Shown here in pieces: positions 1 to 14,600 of a DNA stretch of 64,000 nucleotides. The stretch comes from Azolla caroliniana (lineage: Eukaryota > Plantae > Polypodiophyta). The notes below the pieces were generated by a model. The model saw only the letters and a list, made by a program, of their open reading frames with translations, ran no database searches and was not told the origin of the DNA. Each line of letters starts with the position of its first letter. The stretch's first letter is position 1. The stretch covers positions 17,670,001 through 17,734,000 of the forward strand of contig JBHGNT010000004.1 of NCBI GenBank assembly GCA_043228905.1. Direction: 5' to 3'. Position numbers and translations under genes: made by a program.

Positions 1-1472
1 ATTTCCATTTATTAGTTGGAGCATGTCCATCCCTTTCTAATTGCACATGAGACAACTCAACCTTAGCTATTGCCATGTCATTATAGTAACAATGTATCTT
101 TCTAGTGTTTGCAATCTCAACCCTAGACAAGTATGTTTTGGCAAATTAATTAGTAGGAAAGCTAATTAGGCTATCAATGTGGTACATTTTTCAATTAGAT
201 GAAGGTATGGTTGGATATGAACAAACACCAACATGCTATGTTGTAATCCTTTAGGTTTATGACCTACTATATAACAAAGGACCATGGAAGGTATTGTAGG
301 GGGAGGACATTAACTACAACCTCTTTGTTGTATGTGCATTTGCTCACTTAAGAGCACATGCCACACGACTCTCCTTGTAACAAACCCATATTATAATCAT
401 GCTTAGGTTCTTTGCACAATATATCTTTGTTTTGTCTTTTTGCTTCATTGTATTCTTGTCAAGAATCTACTTATGCATTCCTCTTGTATTTTCGTAGATG
501 ATAGCATTGTAATATCAACATAAGTTTTGAATCTATGAGCATAGACAGAAATGTAATGTTGCTTCTCTATATGAAAGCATCAAAGGAGAAATTGGTTTGG
601 TGTTGACACTAGTTCCTCATGCAATGAAGATAATGTATGCTTGGAAACTTCTTTGGAATAACTATGAGAACAAGAACGATTCTAGGATCCCAATGTCGAG
701 AATCAATAGTCCTCTGAGTGGGTGGAGGATAAACTCCTTTGGGATTAGTTGAAAACAACTGAACTAGTGAAGGTGAATGTCTAACTATCATGGAAAGTAT
801 TTGTAACACCATATCCAAAAACGATAATGCCCTAATCATAGTAATGACCACTTTGACAAGAAGCTCCCTATTATAGTTTGGAGAAATCTCTACATTGCTA
901 AAATAGGGGGGAATGTAGATGGGATGAATTAACAACCAAACATGAATAATTCTATACTCTTTGGGAGAGTCCATAAAGGGAATGCCATTAACTTGACCAA
1001 AAGGCCATTTAGTGGAAGTTACTATCTCAAGAGTATGACATCTTTGGTATAGGGATGACTAGGAGGGCTTCCTCACTTTGACCAATGGAAGACATTGGTT
1101 CATTACTAGCCTGGTTGCTAAATCCATATGGGTGGTTATATCACAAATTTGGGCATCAGTAACATGAAGTTTTTTGTTGCCGTTTGAGTGGGTTTTCATT
1201 GATGGTGCTAAAGATCTACCACACCATCATATTAGATTGTGTTTGACTACCTTAGGTTTTGGAGTGTGGTTTAACTGGAGCATGAGAAATGTTTTCTTGT
1301 TTGATGGACTTCGTTGTCTCCGTAGGATGAAAGGGAAGTGGATTTGACAATTCTCGTAACTATGTTGTATGGGGACGTTGTCCCAAGATGAGGTAGATTT
1401 ATGTCATCTAGTATTATAAAACTTGAGAGGACTACCTTTCCATATTGCTACTAATGAAGTAGTGGAGATAAT

Positions 1473-2171
1473 TGTTCCTATTCTCTAGAAAACACAGTTA
1501 GATACTCAATCACTAAGTACCCCTTCACCAAAGGATCGTGGTTGGAAGAATGGAACTAACAGATTGCAAATAAATAACTAGCTAGATCGGCTATGGTAAA
1601 TCGACTCTAAGCACAATGGATTTGGCAACAACCTAATTAGTTTGTACACACAAAATATTTGAATCGGCTACACCACCGAATCAACAATTACACTTAACAC
1701 AACAATTAGAACTTAATTACAATTCAATACTGAGACATAGTTGCATTGTATATCAAACCCTTCTATATTACAACTAATTTAATACAACTGCTTATAGTAC
1801 AATGGTCATGCCCCTTTTATAGGTAAGCATGTATAGTTACATTGCCGAATCGGATCGACACATCCTTTCGGATCACATCTCTAAAGATCATACGTCATAG
1901 CTACTTGGATCTAAAATCTATTACATCGTTTCATATCTAATCATATTGTCGGCTACATACTAATATTCGGCCTCCTAATAATATTCGCCTTCACACTCTA
2001 GCCGACTGTCTGATTCAGCTTCGACTTTCACACTTTAGCGGGCTTCCCATTCTTTCGGCCTTCAACTGTTTCGGCTACTTATTTGTCCTTTAGCCGTTTC
2101 GGCTACCCCTTGTCATCTTTCTTCTCCTAAGGATAGCAAAGATTGTAAATTATCATCTTGTTTTAATAACA
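1473..2171 (-). mobile_element. Putative old LTR (Gypsy-like)
   Basis: Minus strand begins TGTTA (2171) and ends GAACA (1473). It has a TATA-like CCTATAAAAGG near 1815 and shares the motif CCTTTGGTGAAG with the 3' part of the LTR at 60852-61285. No partner LTR or clear PBS seen. Confidence 0.35.
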
Positions 2172-2206
2172 AACATACACTTATGGAGAGAGAGAGAGAG
2201 AGAGAG

Positions 2207-2467
2207 ATTGGAATATGCATAATGCTTTCATGTTTGATAGTAGACATGGGGTGAAAGCCTATATAAAGAAGCTGAAAGGTATTCTCATGTGGATTTTTTG
2301 GATGTTAGAGCATGTGGGGATCATTTCCTCAAATGCATATTCAGGGTTTTTAATAGCATTATAGAATGTCCCTCTCCCTACATAGGCATATGATAGGTAG
2401 AGGAGACTAAGAAGTGTTGTAACTAAGTGGATTTTACATACAATTAATATAATTGTGTGCTTTTACC
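2207..2467 (+). mobile_element. 5'-truncated LINE 3' end embedded in (AG)n
   Basis: Aligns by eye with 46033-46293, the 3' end of the long LINE; ends TGCTTTTACC; flanked on both sides by AG repeats. Confidence 0.85.
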
Positions 2468-2530
2468 AAGGGGGAGAGAGAGAGAGAGAGAAAAATTGAG
2501 ATGAAGTATATAATAGAGAAGTGAGAAAAT

Positions 2531-2587
2531 TGGGGTTCGAACCCAAGACACAGTGTTTGTAGTGTTATCAACTTACCACTAGGATAA
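2531..2587 (-). promoter_or_regulatory. tRNA-type Pol III A/B box module (SINE-head-like)
   Basis: Minus strand reads TATCCTAGTGG, a 33-nt spacer, GTTCGAACCCC, then TTTT. No full cloverleaf. Confidence 0.6.
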
Positions 2588-2599
2588 GGTAATTATGAT

Positions 2600-2648
<49 letters not shown>

Positions 2649-2899
2649 TGGTTAATAGAAGAAATGGAAAGCAAACGATTTCATAAGCCTCACTAAAGAG
2701 TACTCACATGTACAAACATCGAGAGACACTTAGTTCCAAAAGGTAGACCGAGTTGACAAAATGTAATTTAAAGAACTTGTTGGTAAGTTATATTAACAAG
2801 CTCAAGTTGTAGCCTTCAGGTGTTTTTCCTTAATACCACTGAAGAAAATCTTTGAAGAAAGAAGAAGTTATATTCACAATAATGGGAAGTAACTAAAGA

Positions 2900-3700
2900 T
2901 CTCCAAGTGAGGGTTGCAAATAAATTTGTAAATACTTGAGGAGAAAATTATCTAGAGGATGTACTATTGGTTCCCCAATTCAAATCAAATCTATTATCGG
3001 TGACAAGGTCACTGGATGTAAAATATGAACGACACTCGTAGATTAGATATGGAGATTCACAACACCACCAAACAAGCAACAAGAGATGTAGAGTGCCAAG
3101 GGAATCTAATTGAATTGGCTACATTAATCACAAAAGAATGTAAGAGTGTAACAAATCAATCCTATGTTATGGGATTGACACCTTGGGAACTTTAGCTTTA
3201 TGGTATTGTCGAAGATACAAGAAGTTATGTTAGTAGACAATGTACTTGGATTGGTTGAAGCACTGGGAAAGTGTGGGGCTTGTATGAAAGGCAATTTTTT
3301 TTGGATAGTGTTCAGACTCCTCTAAAGTTGTTCTATACTAAAACTCATGGGAAGAAGATGGCTAAATAATTCATATTGCTTAAAGAAGTGGAATTGCATG
3401 ATTCTTTCTGAGAAGTTGATATTCTAATGTACATGTCAGGTAAATGTCTCTACAAATGCACGACTAAGGTTGATGTTAAGAGCAAGAAAGGAATCTTTGT
3501 CATATACAACTTGGAATCAAAGGCCTATTGCAAACTCTACAATCTAATGGTAAAGAATATGATACTTATTTGGGATATGGAATTCAATGAAGGTTTACAT
3601 ACCCTAGGTAGGTTAGAAGAAAAATAGCTCAAGTTACCCTTCAAAATGAATGAGGATCCATACATGAAGATTAAGTTCAGGACCTACTGTTATGTACCAA
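2900..3700 (+). pseudogene. Heavily degraded Copia pol fragments
   Basis: Residual peptides DVLLVPQFKSNLLSV (post-protease) and KVDVKSKKGIFVIYNLESKAYCKLYN (integrase C-terminal GKGY-like region). Confidence 0.55.
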
Positions 3701-4559
3701 TCATATGTTTCACTTCCCATGCTTTTTGATGATGTTGACATTGGCATTGGCATTGGCATTGGTAACAAAGCTACGAGTCTAGATGTAAGGAAAAGGGGGG
3801 CCACTATAGTGTCAAAGACACAAACCTTGTGGCCACTATATTTCCAAAGGGCCTAAAGAAGTAAATGACTATAAAGGTAATCATCTTTTGTACTCTTTTG
3901 GGATTCTTCTTCTTCACTTTCATCACTTTCTAAGAGCTTTACTCCTCAAATCTTTATGTCTCTCTCTAATCATTGCGTCTTTTATCCTCGATCAAGAGAG
4001 CTAAAACCACAAGCTCCCATTTTTGGGGCTCTTAACACCCATATATATAAGTAAAGGTGACCTTTTTCTATCATGGATATAGGAAAATATTCCTTATTTT
4101 TTTTTATTCAAATGGGGCTTAAACTTGTAATCTCTAATAATTTAACCAATTAATTAATTTGGTCACTTTTTCCCATCATGGATACACAAACAAGGATTTC
4201 TTTAACTTTTGGATACATAAAAATATTATAAAATTTAATATATTATCTTGTACATACTCATTAGCATAACATCAAGCCATATTGATGGTATGATAATATC
4301 TTGCACGATCACCCTGCAAAAAGGTGATGTGGCAAACATGCTAAATAACTAAGTGATAACCATTCATGATAACTAGGTGGAGATAATGTATGATTCAATA
4401 TTTCTGTACATATGGGAGTTATTTTCATTATCGAACTATTTAGGTTCACCATTAGTCTTCAACACACTCTTTTGATCTTGTCTCTTGTTAATACAAATTC
4501 ATAATATCCCTTTTCATTTTGTACTATTTCAATTCTACTTTGTTCTTGTCTTTGGGCTT

Positions 4560-6513
4560 TGATAATTCGAATTGGAATGACCATTGTTTGCAAAGATCAC
4601 ATGCTTTTTCAATGGTCAAGTTTTGAGTAAACTCCAAGTTGGTCGGGCACAATTTCTAACACATTTTGATTTGTTGATTATATATAGCCTAGGGGTACAA
4701 CAGAAAAGGGAAGATGCTTTATCCTGATGACCTTATATGCCACTTTGACTAGGAGAACCTACATTTAATGATCAAAAGCAAGTACTATTGGGTCTTGACT
4801 TACTACGTACGTTATACAGAATAGCTTCGAAGCATCTATCTAGTTGGGCCTTATGTAGATATCACTACAAACGTAGTCACCTAGAATGTATTCAACCATG
4901 TTGTTCCAAACTGTGCTTCTTGCTGAAGGCTCAAGATTTCTTGTAAAGATCATAACCAATTTAATTGGCATGATAACTTATGTTTCAAAATAGACAATCA
5001 CATTCTCCTTAGGACTCTTTCAGTTCAGAGTACTTCAATATTCCCATGCAATGACTAGACACTTTAGAGTCCACAAGAATTTGGAGTTGGGAACTCGAAA
5101 CTAATGGTACCTTTGTCAAAGATTATATTCACAGTTGTGATGCATATTGTTGGTCCAAAATGTTGCGACATCATCCATATGGATTGTTGCAACCATTGCC
5201 AATTCTAGAGAGTTGCAATCATGTTACAAATAAGTTTCCTTGGATTTCAATATCAAGCTCCCTCCCATGGTTTCAATGTCATTCTTATAATAATCAATGG
5301 AGTCAATAAGATGACACATTTCCTTTCGTGGACCAAGACTATAACTATTCAAGAGAAAGTAGATTTCGTTATGGGGGAAGTATTCACACATTATGGTTTC
5401 CCAAAGGACATGGTTGACAATCATGGGCTACATTTCGTTTTAAAGCTTGGGAAGCATTTTCCCAAGTTCTTGGTAGTAAAACCGAACACACAAGTCAAAC
5501 ATTGGAGCAAGCTTTAATGATGCATCAATTACCAACAAGAGGATTGGGTGGATTTCTTGCATTTTGTGGAGTTTCTTCGCCAAGAATACATTCTTTGCAA
5601 ATATAGGTGGTATCTATCATTGGATAATGTTTGAGCACCTTGAAATATTTACAAATGTAGTTGTTGAGAATTGTCTAAATTATTCAATTCCAATGGATTC
5701 AAGTAGAGCTTTCACACAATTTATACAATGCTCAACTATCATACAAACTAGTTGTAGATTTGCATCATCTCGAATCTTTACAATAGAAGCTTGAGTTCCA
5801 AGATGGGGATTGTTTCTAGTTGTTATGGTGCAATGTGAAGACCACTAGGGCATGTGACAAAGCTAGATTATCAATCGCTTGGTTCATTCTTGATCTTTGA
5901 CCAAATCAATGACATTGCATTTCATTTGTATCTCCCTTCTCATAGCATCTACACTTAGTGTTCCATATATCACTTTTCGAATCTTATGCTTCAAATTTTA
6001 TTTTGGGTCATGTTGTTCCTCCCATCTCTTGTTCAACTTTTTGATGGACCAGAGTACGAGCTTGATGCCATTTTGGAATTCAAAGTCATGCATGAAATTT
6101 TTTATTACTTGATGGATTTACTAGGCTATACACAATGATTGAACATGAGAAACGATTGAAATCTCTCAAATTTCCCAACTCGTGTAGAAGAATTCCATGG
6201 TCGTTATCTCAATAAATCGAGGCTTAGTTATTGGTTTTAGATTCACAGAACTTGTCATTGAAATTGGAAGATGGTGTCTTATGACAAAATAAAATATCAT
6301 AGGGTTGGAGGGGAACTCAAACCCATGAACCCCTTAAGGCAACCTTCGATCTTAGCCATTAATATATCTTATTCCATCTTTTAAATAAAAAGTAAACTCA
6401 TATTGTTGTGCAAATAATATCACCATGATCGCCAAGTGACAAATATGTAATAGCCAAGTGGCAATCATGCATGATAGGTGGATATTAAATATATACATAT
6501 GGGAGCTATTTTT
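4560..6513 (+). mobile_element. Old degraded chromovirus-type Gypsy (RH/integrase/chromodomain remnants plus start of 3' LTR)
   Basis: Integrase remnant in ORF 5221-5517 (KMTHF..., HYGFPKDMVDNHG). Chromodomain-like DGPEYELDAILE...YYL...VEEFHGRY near 6040-6220. The 3' LTR starts near 6275 and resumes after Copia-1 at about 24928, matching 4425-4560. Confidence 0.6.
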
Positions 6514-6701
6514 TGTTGAGTATCGAACTCAACTTCCCATAGAGATAGGTTTCACACTAGTTCATGGACATACCATGCTAGTTTTGTAAATAGTTGGAAG
6601 GGCACTTGCCCTAGCTTAGTCGGTACTTAAACCAACCTCTTGTAACTTAGTTGTTGGATGTATTCTGCTGGATGATAGTATACAATCTTCTTGGTTAAGA
6701 G

Positions 6702-6726
6702 CTCTCTCTCTCTCTCTCTCTCTGTT

Positions 6727-6793
<67 letters not shown>
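6702..6793 (+). repeat. Compound (CT)n/(CA)n microsatellite inside Copia-1 5' LTR
   Basis: Directly visible dinucleotide runs. Confidence 0.95.
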
Positions 6794-6795
<2 letters not shown>

Positions 6796-6893
6796 CCTTT
6801 CGCTGCAAACAATCACTCTCCTTTCGTTTCATGGTATCAGAGCGTGTGGTTTTCTGATCAAGACTAATTGACTGTGGTGTACTACATACCGAC

Positions 6894-7316
6894 TGTAAAA
6901 GAATAGCGTGTGCGGAAGCAGTAGAAAACCGAAAACAGAAACGCAGGTTTAATGGAGAGCTTAGAATATACACAGTACGTGGGAGAGATAGAGAGAAAGA
7001 GAGAGAAAGCACACAAACTCAATTCAAAAAATACTCAAAACTCTGTACATCGTATGTGTTCAGTGAACACTTTTATACAAGTCCATATGGACTGATAGAA
7101 GTACGGTGTACTTTAATGCTCACACGAGCGTCTGACACTAACTACAAGACATTAACTACCTAGTAGTCCAGGCTGCTACTAGGCTTCCGGTTATTGCTTG
7201 ATCCGACTAACCGGCTCCCCAACTCACCAGCTCACCAACTCACTTGCTCATCGGCTCACCGATCTGGCTCAGGCTTATTCAGCCGATCCGGATCCGGTTG
7301 AGCTTGCTGCTCAACA
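6894..7316 (-). mobile_element. Solo LTR of the Copia-2 family
   Basis: TG..CA ends, homologous to 23834-24292, TSD CCGAC/CCGAT (one transition). Confidence 0.85.
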
Positions 7317-7361
7317 CCGATGATCAACAAAACCGGTTCAAGAAACAAAGAAGAAATCATC

Positions 7362-10300
7362 ATGAATACTCAGATGGGAAGCACTCTTCCTATGGAGAAG
7401 CTCGACAGGACAAACTTCGCATCTTGGGAGTACAAGATGCATCAGTACCTTGTCGGACAAGGATACTGGAGCTATATTGAAGGAGGTAACGAAACGCAAC
7501 CCAATCCAACACATGCCGACTATCCCATTTGGGAGCAGGACACAAGTTGTGTGTTGTATTGCCTTGCATCATGCGTACATGATCACATGCTCGGCTATAT
7601 TTGAGAGACGAAAATGCCGAAAGAAGCGTGGGGCAATCTCAAGATGATCTTTGCGGCCAATATGGCTGCCCGCAAGCTCCAGCTTCGTCAGGAGTTGAAT
7701 GGCATTCAACAAAGGGATATGTCAATCGGCAGCTACACCTTGTAGATCAAGGAGCTGTGCGATGCTTCGGGTCAATCAATGTTGGCATTGACGATGAAGA
7801 AATGGTGCAGATATGCTTCGGAGGCTTAGCACCTCGATTCAGTGCAATAAGGTTTGCCGTCCTCGCGAGAGAGAATCCTCCCACCTTTTTCGATCTCCAG
7901 TCAATATTGCTGGTCGAGGAAAATCACGCCTGACAAAGAAGCAACGCACAAGAGGGTCATATGCTCTACTTACAGTCGGATGATAGAAGAAATTTTTGTT
8001 GTGGAAATAGAGGTCGATTCGGACAAGGCCATCATGGTCGGCAAACCCAAGAGCGTAACTCCCACCAATGGCAAGCGGACAGGAACAATCCCAGAGAGTT
8101 CGGCAGAAGGGGGAGTCATCACACCAGACCAAGCAATTGTAATAACCCAATAAAATGCGGATATTGCGGAAAAATCGGTCACTACGAAGAGGAGTGCCGA
8201 AAGAAGAAGCGAGAGTCGGCTTCAACCAACCGATAACTCACGAACTACGTATCGAATTTCGACTACGACAATCGTAGCGGAATGTTCACGAATTACGCAT
8301 CGAATTCTGACTACGATGATCGTAGCGGAATGTTCATGATGAGGCACAAAGCGCACTCAATGGCGACACAAGATAAAACAAGCACCACACCCTCAGAGAA
8401 TGTATGGTTTGTTGACTCGGGAGCGTCCAACCACATGATGTTTCATGAAGATTGGTTTCGGGAATTATGAAAACCCGAATGTCCCGGATATGTCGAGATA
8501 GGCGATGACATGACTCATCCAATACAACATATCAGGAACGTCCCATTCGGAAACGAAGACAAATAAACCTACCTCAAGAACGTATTGCATTTTCCTACCA
8601 TCACGAAAAACCTGGTCTCGGTTCACCAGATTGTCGAACAAGGAATGCAAGTATGATTCAACAATGATGGGTGCTTTATCGAAAGAGGCGATCGAGTCGT
8701 AGGTCATGACCGTAATGAAGGCCGTATGTTTATCCTTGAATCGAATGAGGTAAAATCAGCCATGTTTGCAAAGGGCCTCAAAGTCGAAAATGACCTAAAC
8801 TTGTGGCACAAGAGAATTGGCCACATCAATCTCCATTAGCTTCAGAACATGCAATCCAAAGGAGTCGTAATCAGACTCTTGAACTTTACCGTGAAGGAGA
8901 TTACGAGCATATGCGAGCGTGCTAGTTCGGAAAGCAACACTGATATACATTCCCGAAAGAGCGGAATGTGAGCAAAGGGATCCTGGATGTTGTACATTCA
9001 GATGTATGGGGACCGGCCCAAACAACCACATTCGGCAGATGCCAATATTACGTCACGTTCATCGATGACTTCTCCAGGCACACTTGGGTCTACTCGATGA
9101 GACAGAAGAGCAAAGTGTTCAGACACTTTCAGAGGTTCAAAGCCGAAGTCGAAAAAACAACGGGTCGGCACGTACGTTGCCTTCGATTAGATGGAGGCAA
9201 AGAATATTTCTCGGATGAGTTTACGACGTATCTTCGAAAGGAAGGAATCCGACGAGAATTTTCATGCCATCATACACCTCAGCAAAATGGCATAGCTGAG
9301 TGGAAGAACCGGCACATAGTAGAGGTTGCACGGGCGATGATGAACGAGAAGAACCTGCCGAAATCATACTAGGCAAAAGCGGCAAACATAGCCGTATACC
9401 TCATGAACAGGTGCACAACCTTGGGAGTACACGACGTAACCCCCCATGAGAAGTTTCTTGTTAAGAAGCCGAACTTATCACATGTTTGTATTTTCGGTTC
9501 AATCGCATATGTGCATATCCCCGAAGAGACGGGACAAAAGCTCAACCCGAAGTTAGAGAAATGTATCCTCGTAGGAAACTCACTAGAGCAAAGGGGTACA
9601 AGTGCTATAACCCCTCAACTCGAAAAACTTGAGTAAGTCGAGATGTCGTATTCAACGAATCTGCATCCTAGTACGCACCAGAGACAACCTTGACTCTGAT
9701 TCGGCTCGACCCGAAATCTGCCGAAATAGAGATAGAAGCCGAAGATCGGCTCACGTGCATGTTCAAAGAAAGCCCGATTACGACAAGGCTTATTGGGCCA
9801 CAAGAGCCTCCGAGTGATCAAAGCACATCTCGACTAAGTTTGAAGTTGGAAAAAGGGAAGGCAAAAATGTTGGAGTATGAGGACGATCACTTCGACGTCA
9901 ACGAATCGACTCACTCCCTCAATAGTGAGTTTGAAGGCCTCAACATCTGGACAAATGGAGCGAAGAAAGCCTTAGTATCCGCGAACAAAAAGCTATGCCA
10001 GTCCCCCCGAGAAAAGAACCCCGTAAGCCGTTACGACTACGACGAGTACATGCGTATCATTACACCTTTATGATGAAGGTAACGTCAGTACGGGAGCCTG
10101 AAACCCTTTCCAAAGCCGTAAAGGATCCGCCATGGGTCGACGCGATGAATGAAGAAATGCAAGCCCTATGCAAAAATGAGACATGGGATCTCGTTCCTCA
10201 CACTCCGCACAAGAAAGCAATTGGCTGCTGATGGATTTACAAAGTGAAATACAATGACGACAGCTCCATAAATCGCTTCAAAGCACAACTCATTGTGAAA

Positions 10301-11654
10301 GGATACACACAAATGCACGGAGTTGACTACGAAGAGACCTTTGCCCTAGTGGCAAAGATGACAACTGTGCGGACCGTGGTTGCAATCGCAGCAGCAAAAG
10401 GGTGGCACCTCCATCAGATGGACGTAAAAAACTCATTCCTCCAAGGGGAATTAGAGGAGGAAGTGTACATGATCCAACCACCCGGCTTTGAATCGTGCAA
10501 TCATCTGAACGTCGTGTGCCGACTCAAGAAGTCGAAGATCATGCAATATCTTCATCAAATCGGATTTCGAATGTCAAAATCTGATAATTCTCTGTACATC
10601 CGAAACGAGTCGGATAGCCCGATTGTCATCATCCTATACGTGGATGATTTGGCCTTCAGAGGGAAAGGATCTCGCCGAGATTAACAAGGTCAAATCACTT
10701 CTCTCCGACAGATTCGAAATGAAAGACCTGCACGAGCTCCATTACTTCATAGGCATCGAAGTAATTTGGACACCGGTCGGGATAATGATCTGACAATGAC
10801 ACTACATCCTCAACTTACTCTACAAGTTCGGGATCATGGAGTGCAAACCTGTGTCCACCCCGCTTGATCGTAATCTCAAGCTTAATGTCGATTTCGGCAC
10901 AGCCGAGTGCGAGCCAACTCAGTATTGTCAATTGATCGGTAACCTCATCTACCTAACCATTATGTGACCCGACCTTAGCTATTTGGTAGGCCTACTTAGC
11001 CAATTCATGCGGAATCCGAGAAACCTTCATTTTGATTGCGCTAAGAGGGTACTTCGGTACGCCAATGGTACGATGGATTACGACATCATATACAGGTCAA
11101 ATACGATAATTCGACTCAAAGGGTACACAGACGCCGACTGGGCAAGTTATAAAGCGGATAGACGGTTAACATCAGGATTCGTCTTTGTTAACTCTTAGGG
11201 CTGGACAATGGCCTAACATAGGGTGTCTACGGAAGACACTTCACCAAAGGGGTGTTACGGCAACAGGATTAGACTCGACACTTAATCCGACTTAATTAGG
11301 TTACTTAGCAAGATCGTCGTTAATAATCACACGCGTAAGATATAACAATGAATGCAGAACGGCAATTAACACAGAGATAAAAACACTAAGCTTTATTAAT
11401 TAACCGTTGCTCATTACATTGTATCCGGGTCTTTAAATAGGTTTCCGGTCTGTAGTACAAAACGGTGCCATCCGCACTTGTTCGGGATCGGTCCGGATCC
11501 GGAACGGCATACCGGTTCCGGTCCGTCCGTCCACACTCATAGCTTACTTACAACCATTCCTAATAATTAAATAACTCCCCGTTTCACACTCTGGACTCCT
11601 TTGCCGGCCGGTAACAGTCTTCTCCCTCGGCAACGGAGCAATCTCATGGAGTTG
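7362..11654 (+). pseudogene. Copia-1 gag-pol pseudogene (RNase H continues at 24298-24660)
   Basis: KLDRTNFASWEYKM (gag), CGYCGKIGHYEEEC knuckle, WFVDSGASNHM protease, VHSDVWGP/FIDDFSR integrase, LYVDDL RT, GYTDADWA RNase H; many stops and frameshifts. Confidence 0.9.
11186..11616 (-). mobile_element. Solo LTR of the Gypsy family at 60852
   Basis: Reverse complement of 60852-61285. Exact 5-bp TSD GTCTT; removing it restores host GFVFSLGNGAISWS. Confidence 0.92.
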
Positions 11655-14600
11655 TGTCAAAGAAAACCTGCGGAAGCGTTAGACAGAACCGGCTTAGCCG
11701 GATAACAACAGAGAATAAGAGGTTTAATGGAGAAGCTTAATACACAGAGAGTATACGCGGGAGAGACACATAGAGAGAGAGAGTAGAACATAAACTCAAT
11801 TAAAAAATAACTCTAAAACTCTTTGTATACATACAACGTGCTAACAACACTATTTATACAAGTCCTCAAAAGGACTAATAGAAGTATTACTTCTGCTGCG
11901 TCCGTGTCCGCTTGGCCTTCTTCCAGTTGACTCTGTCCTTCTTGACTCTGCCGCCACTGCCGCTTGTTCCGATTTGTTCGGAGGTGCCGACTTCCTTCGT
12001 CGACTCGGCTACCTTTTTCTGCTCATTTGCCCCCTTGGTTCTTTCTTCCTCTCCGGCTCCTTGTCCGGTGCCATTCATTCCCGTTCCTGTTCTCCCCCTC
12101 AAGTGCGGCACGTCGAGATGTTGTACACCAAGCATTTCGGTGAAGTGCTGCAACTTGTCCGATCCGAGCGATTTGGTGAAGATGTCGGCAACTTGCCGAT
12201 CCGTTTGAACATACCGAAGTTCGACTTCACCACTCAAAACCCGCTCACGCAAAAGTGATAGTGGACTTCTATGTGCTTCATCCGAGCATGGAAGACGGGG
12301 TTCTTGGTGAGCTAAATGTTGCTCATGTTGTCACAGTAGATCAGGATCGGGGTCGGTACCTCAATCCGCAGGTCTTGCAGCAGTCGCCAAAGCCAGATGG
12401 CTTCACAGGTGGCAATGGTAGCGCCCAGGTATTCAGCCTCACTGCTCGACAGAGCCACTGTTGGCTGCTTTTTGCTGCTCCATGCAACAACCACACTACC
12501 AAGAGAAAACATGTAACCAGAGGTGGATCGATGATCCGATGCATCACTAGCCCAATCGAAATCGGTATATCCGACTAGCTTCCCAACTATACCGTGTCGA
12601 TATAACAATCCCCGGTCCTTCGTGCCGCTAACATACCGGAGTATCCGGTGTGCGCATTGATGGTGCTCGACGGTCTACTTTATGGTGCTCGACGGTCTAC
12701 TTTTGCATGAACTGGCTGACCACTCTGACTGGATAACTGATGTCGGGTCGGGTGATTGTCAAGTAGATAAGGCTTTCGACAATTTGTCGGAACCATTTCT
12801 CATTGCAGGCAGTTCCGGAGTCGAGACGTAGCTTCAAGTTCCAGTCAAGGGGTGTAGAGATCGGTCGGCATTCCATCATGCCGAACTTGTACAACATATT
12901 CAACAGATAATGGCGTTGTGAGAGGAATATGCCATCGGGGGTTCAGATCAGCTTGACCCCAAGAAAATAATGAAGGTCCCCTAGGTTCTTCATTTCAAAT
13001 GCGTTCGACAACTGGGACTTTACTTGACCGATTTCATTGAGTCTGGGTCCGGTGATGACTAAATCATCTACATAAAGTAAGATGCAAACCGGATCGTCCA
13101 GACCTTGCCGGATGAACAACGATGAGTTGGATTTAGAGGTCACAAACCCCATCTTACGCAACCGATGCGTGATCTTTGCATTCCAAGCTCGGGGGGCTTG
13201 TTTTAGACCGTAAAGTGACTTCTTAAGCCGGCGCACCACCGACTTGTTCATCTCTGACTGGAAACTGGGAGGTTGGATCATATAGACCCGTTCTTTAAGG
13301 TCACCTTGAAGAAACGCATTCTTCATGTCCATCTGGTGAAGATGCCACCCCCTTGCCGCAACAATCGCCAGTACCACATGGATCGTCGTCATCTTCGCTA
13401 CTGGAGCGAAGGTCTCGTCGTAGTCAATTCCGTGGGTCTGTGTGTATCCCTTCGCCACTAACCGGGCTTTGCACCGTTTAACCGAACCATCGGCATTGAA
13501 CTTTACTTTGTACACCCATTTGCAACCGATCGGTTTACGGTGTTAGGGAGAGTCAACGAGGTCCTATGTGTCGTTGGCATCGAGTGCTCACATTTCTTCT
13601 TCCATAGCGGCACTCCAATTTGTGTCCTTTGCCGCTTTTGCGTAGCTCTCCGGCTCACGCACTTCCGCCACTTTGGTCATGTACGCATAGTGATGCGCCA
13701 TGTACTCATTGTACCTGTACCGCGTAACAGGGTTATTCTGGCGGGAAGACCGGAGTAACTTGTCATCACCCGGTTTAGGGCCCTTCTTGGCTCGTTCGAA
13801 CTTCGTTCCCGAAGATCCACCTTCATCCTTCCCGGAGTTGGTTTCGCTCCGATCCGACTCAACGTTGCCGATTTCGCATTCCGACATTTTCTGCTTCCCT
13901 TTCTCTTTGCGCGTGAACTGTCTCCTTGGTTCCTTGCGCGTGAACTGTCTCCACTACTCGCCGGTTCCTCATCCGACTGGTCATCCAGACTCAGCCGCTC
14001 ATTCGGCCCACTTAGCCGGAATGAGATTGGACTCTCTTCTAGAGTGCCAAAGTCTTGATCTTTTGTCTGGACCTCCTCGGGCTCACGAGCCTCATCTTCC
14101 GAAATCGGGTCTGAGTCGGAAGTCAGAGTTGGTAGAGAGTACCATGAAGCCGTCTCGTCGAACTCAACATCTCGGCTTACTCGGACCTACTTAGTCCGGG
14201 GGTTTTAGCACTTATACCCCTTTTGCTCATGCGAGTAACCGACTAGGATGCACTTCTTCGACTTCAGATCGAGCTTCTTTCGCTTCTCATCCTGTACATG
14301 CACATATGCTATGCTATCGAATATCCAAAGGTGCCTCAAATTCGGCTTCCGCCCGAAATATAGCTCATGTGCTGACACCTTGTCACCGATCCGGTTTTGG
14401 ATGTAGACGGTCGTCCGCACCGCCTCAGCCCAGTAGAACTGGGGCATGCTCTTCTCCTCCAGCATTGCCCTTGCTGCGTCGAAAATCGACCAGTTCTTCC
14501 TCTCGGCCACACCGTTTTGTTCTGGTGTGTATCGACAGCTGAATTCTCTCTGAATTCCATTCTGCTGCAGTTAACTATTGAATTGGTCGGAAAAGTATTC

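Noticed and set aside
250-530. Similarity to 29720-29980
   Set aside because: Probably a dispersed old LTR-like repeat, but boundaries and identity could not be established.
6616-7012. ORFs with CVCVCV/ERERE runs
   Set aside because: Translations of microsatellites inside an LTR.
8236-8340. Small internal tandem duplications in Copias (also 12657-12702 and 13907-13952)
   Set aside because: Ordinary slippage or repair duplications in dead elements.
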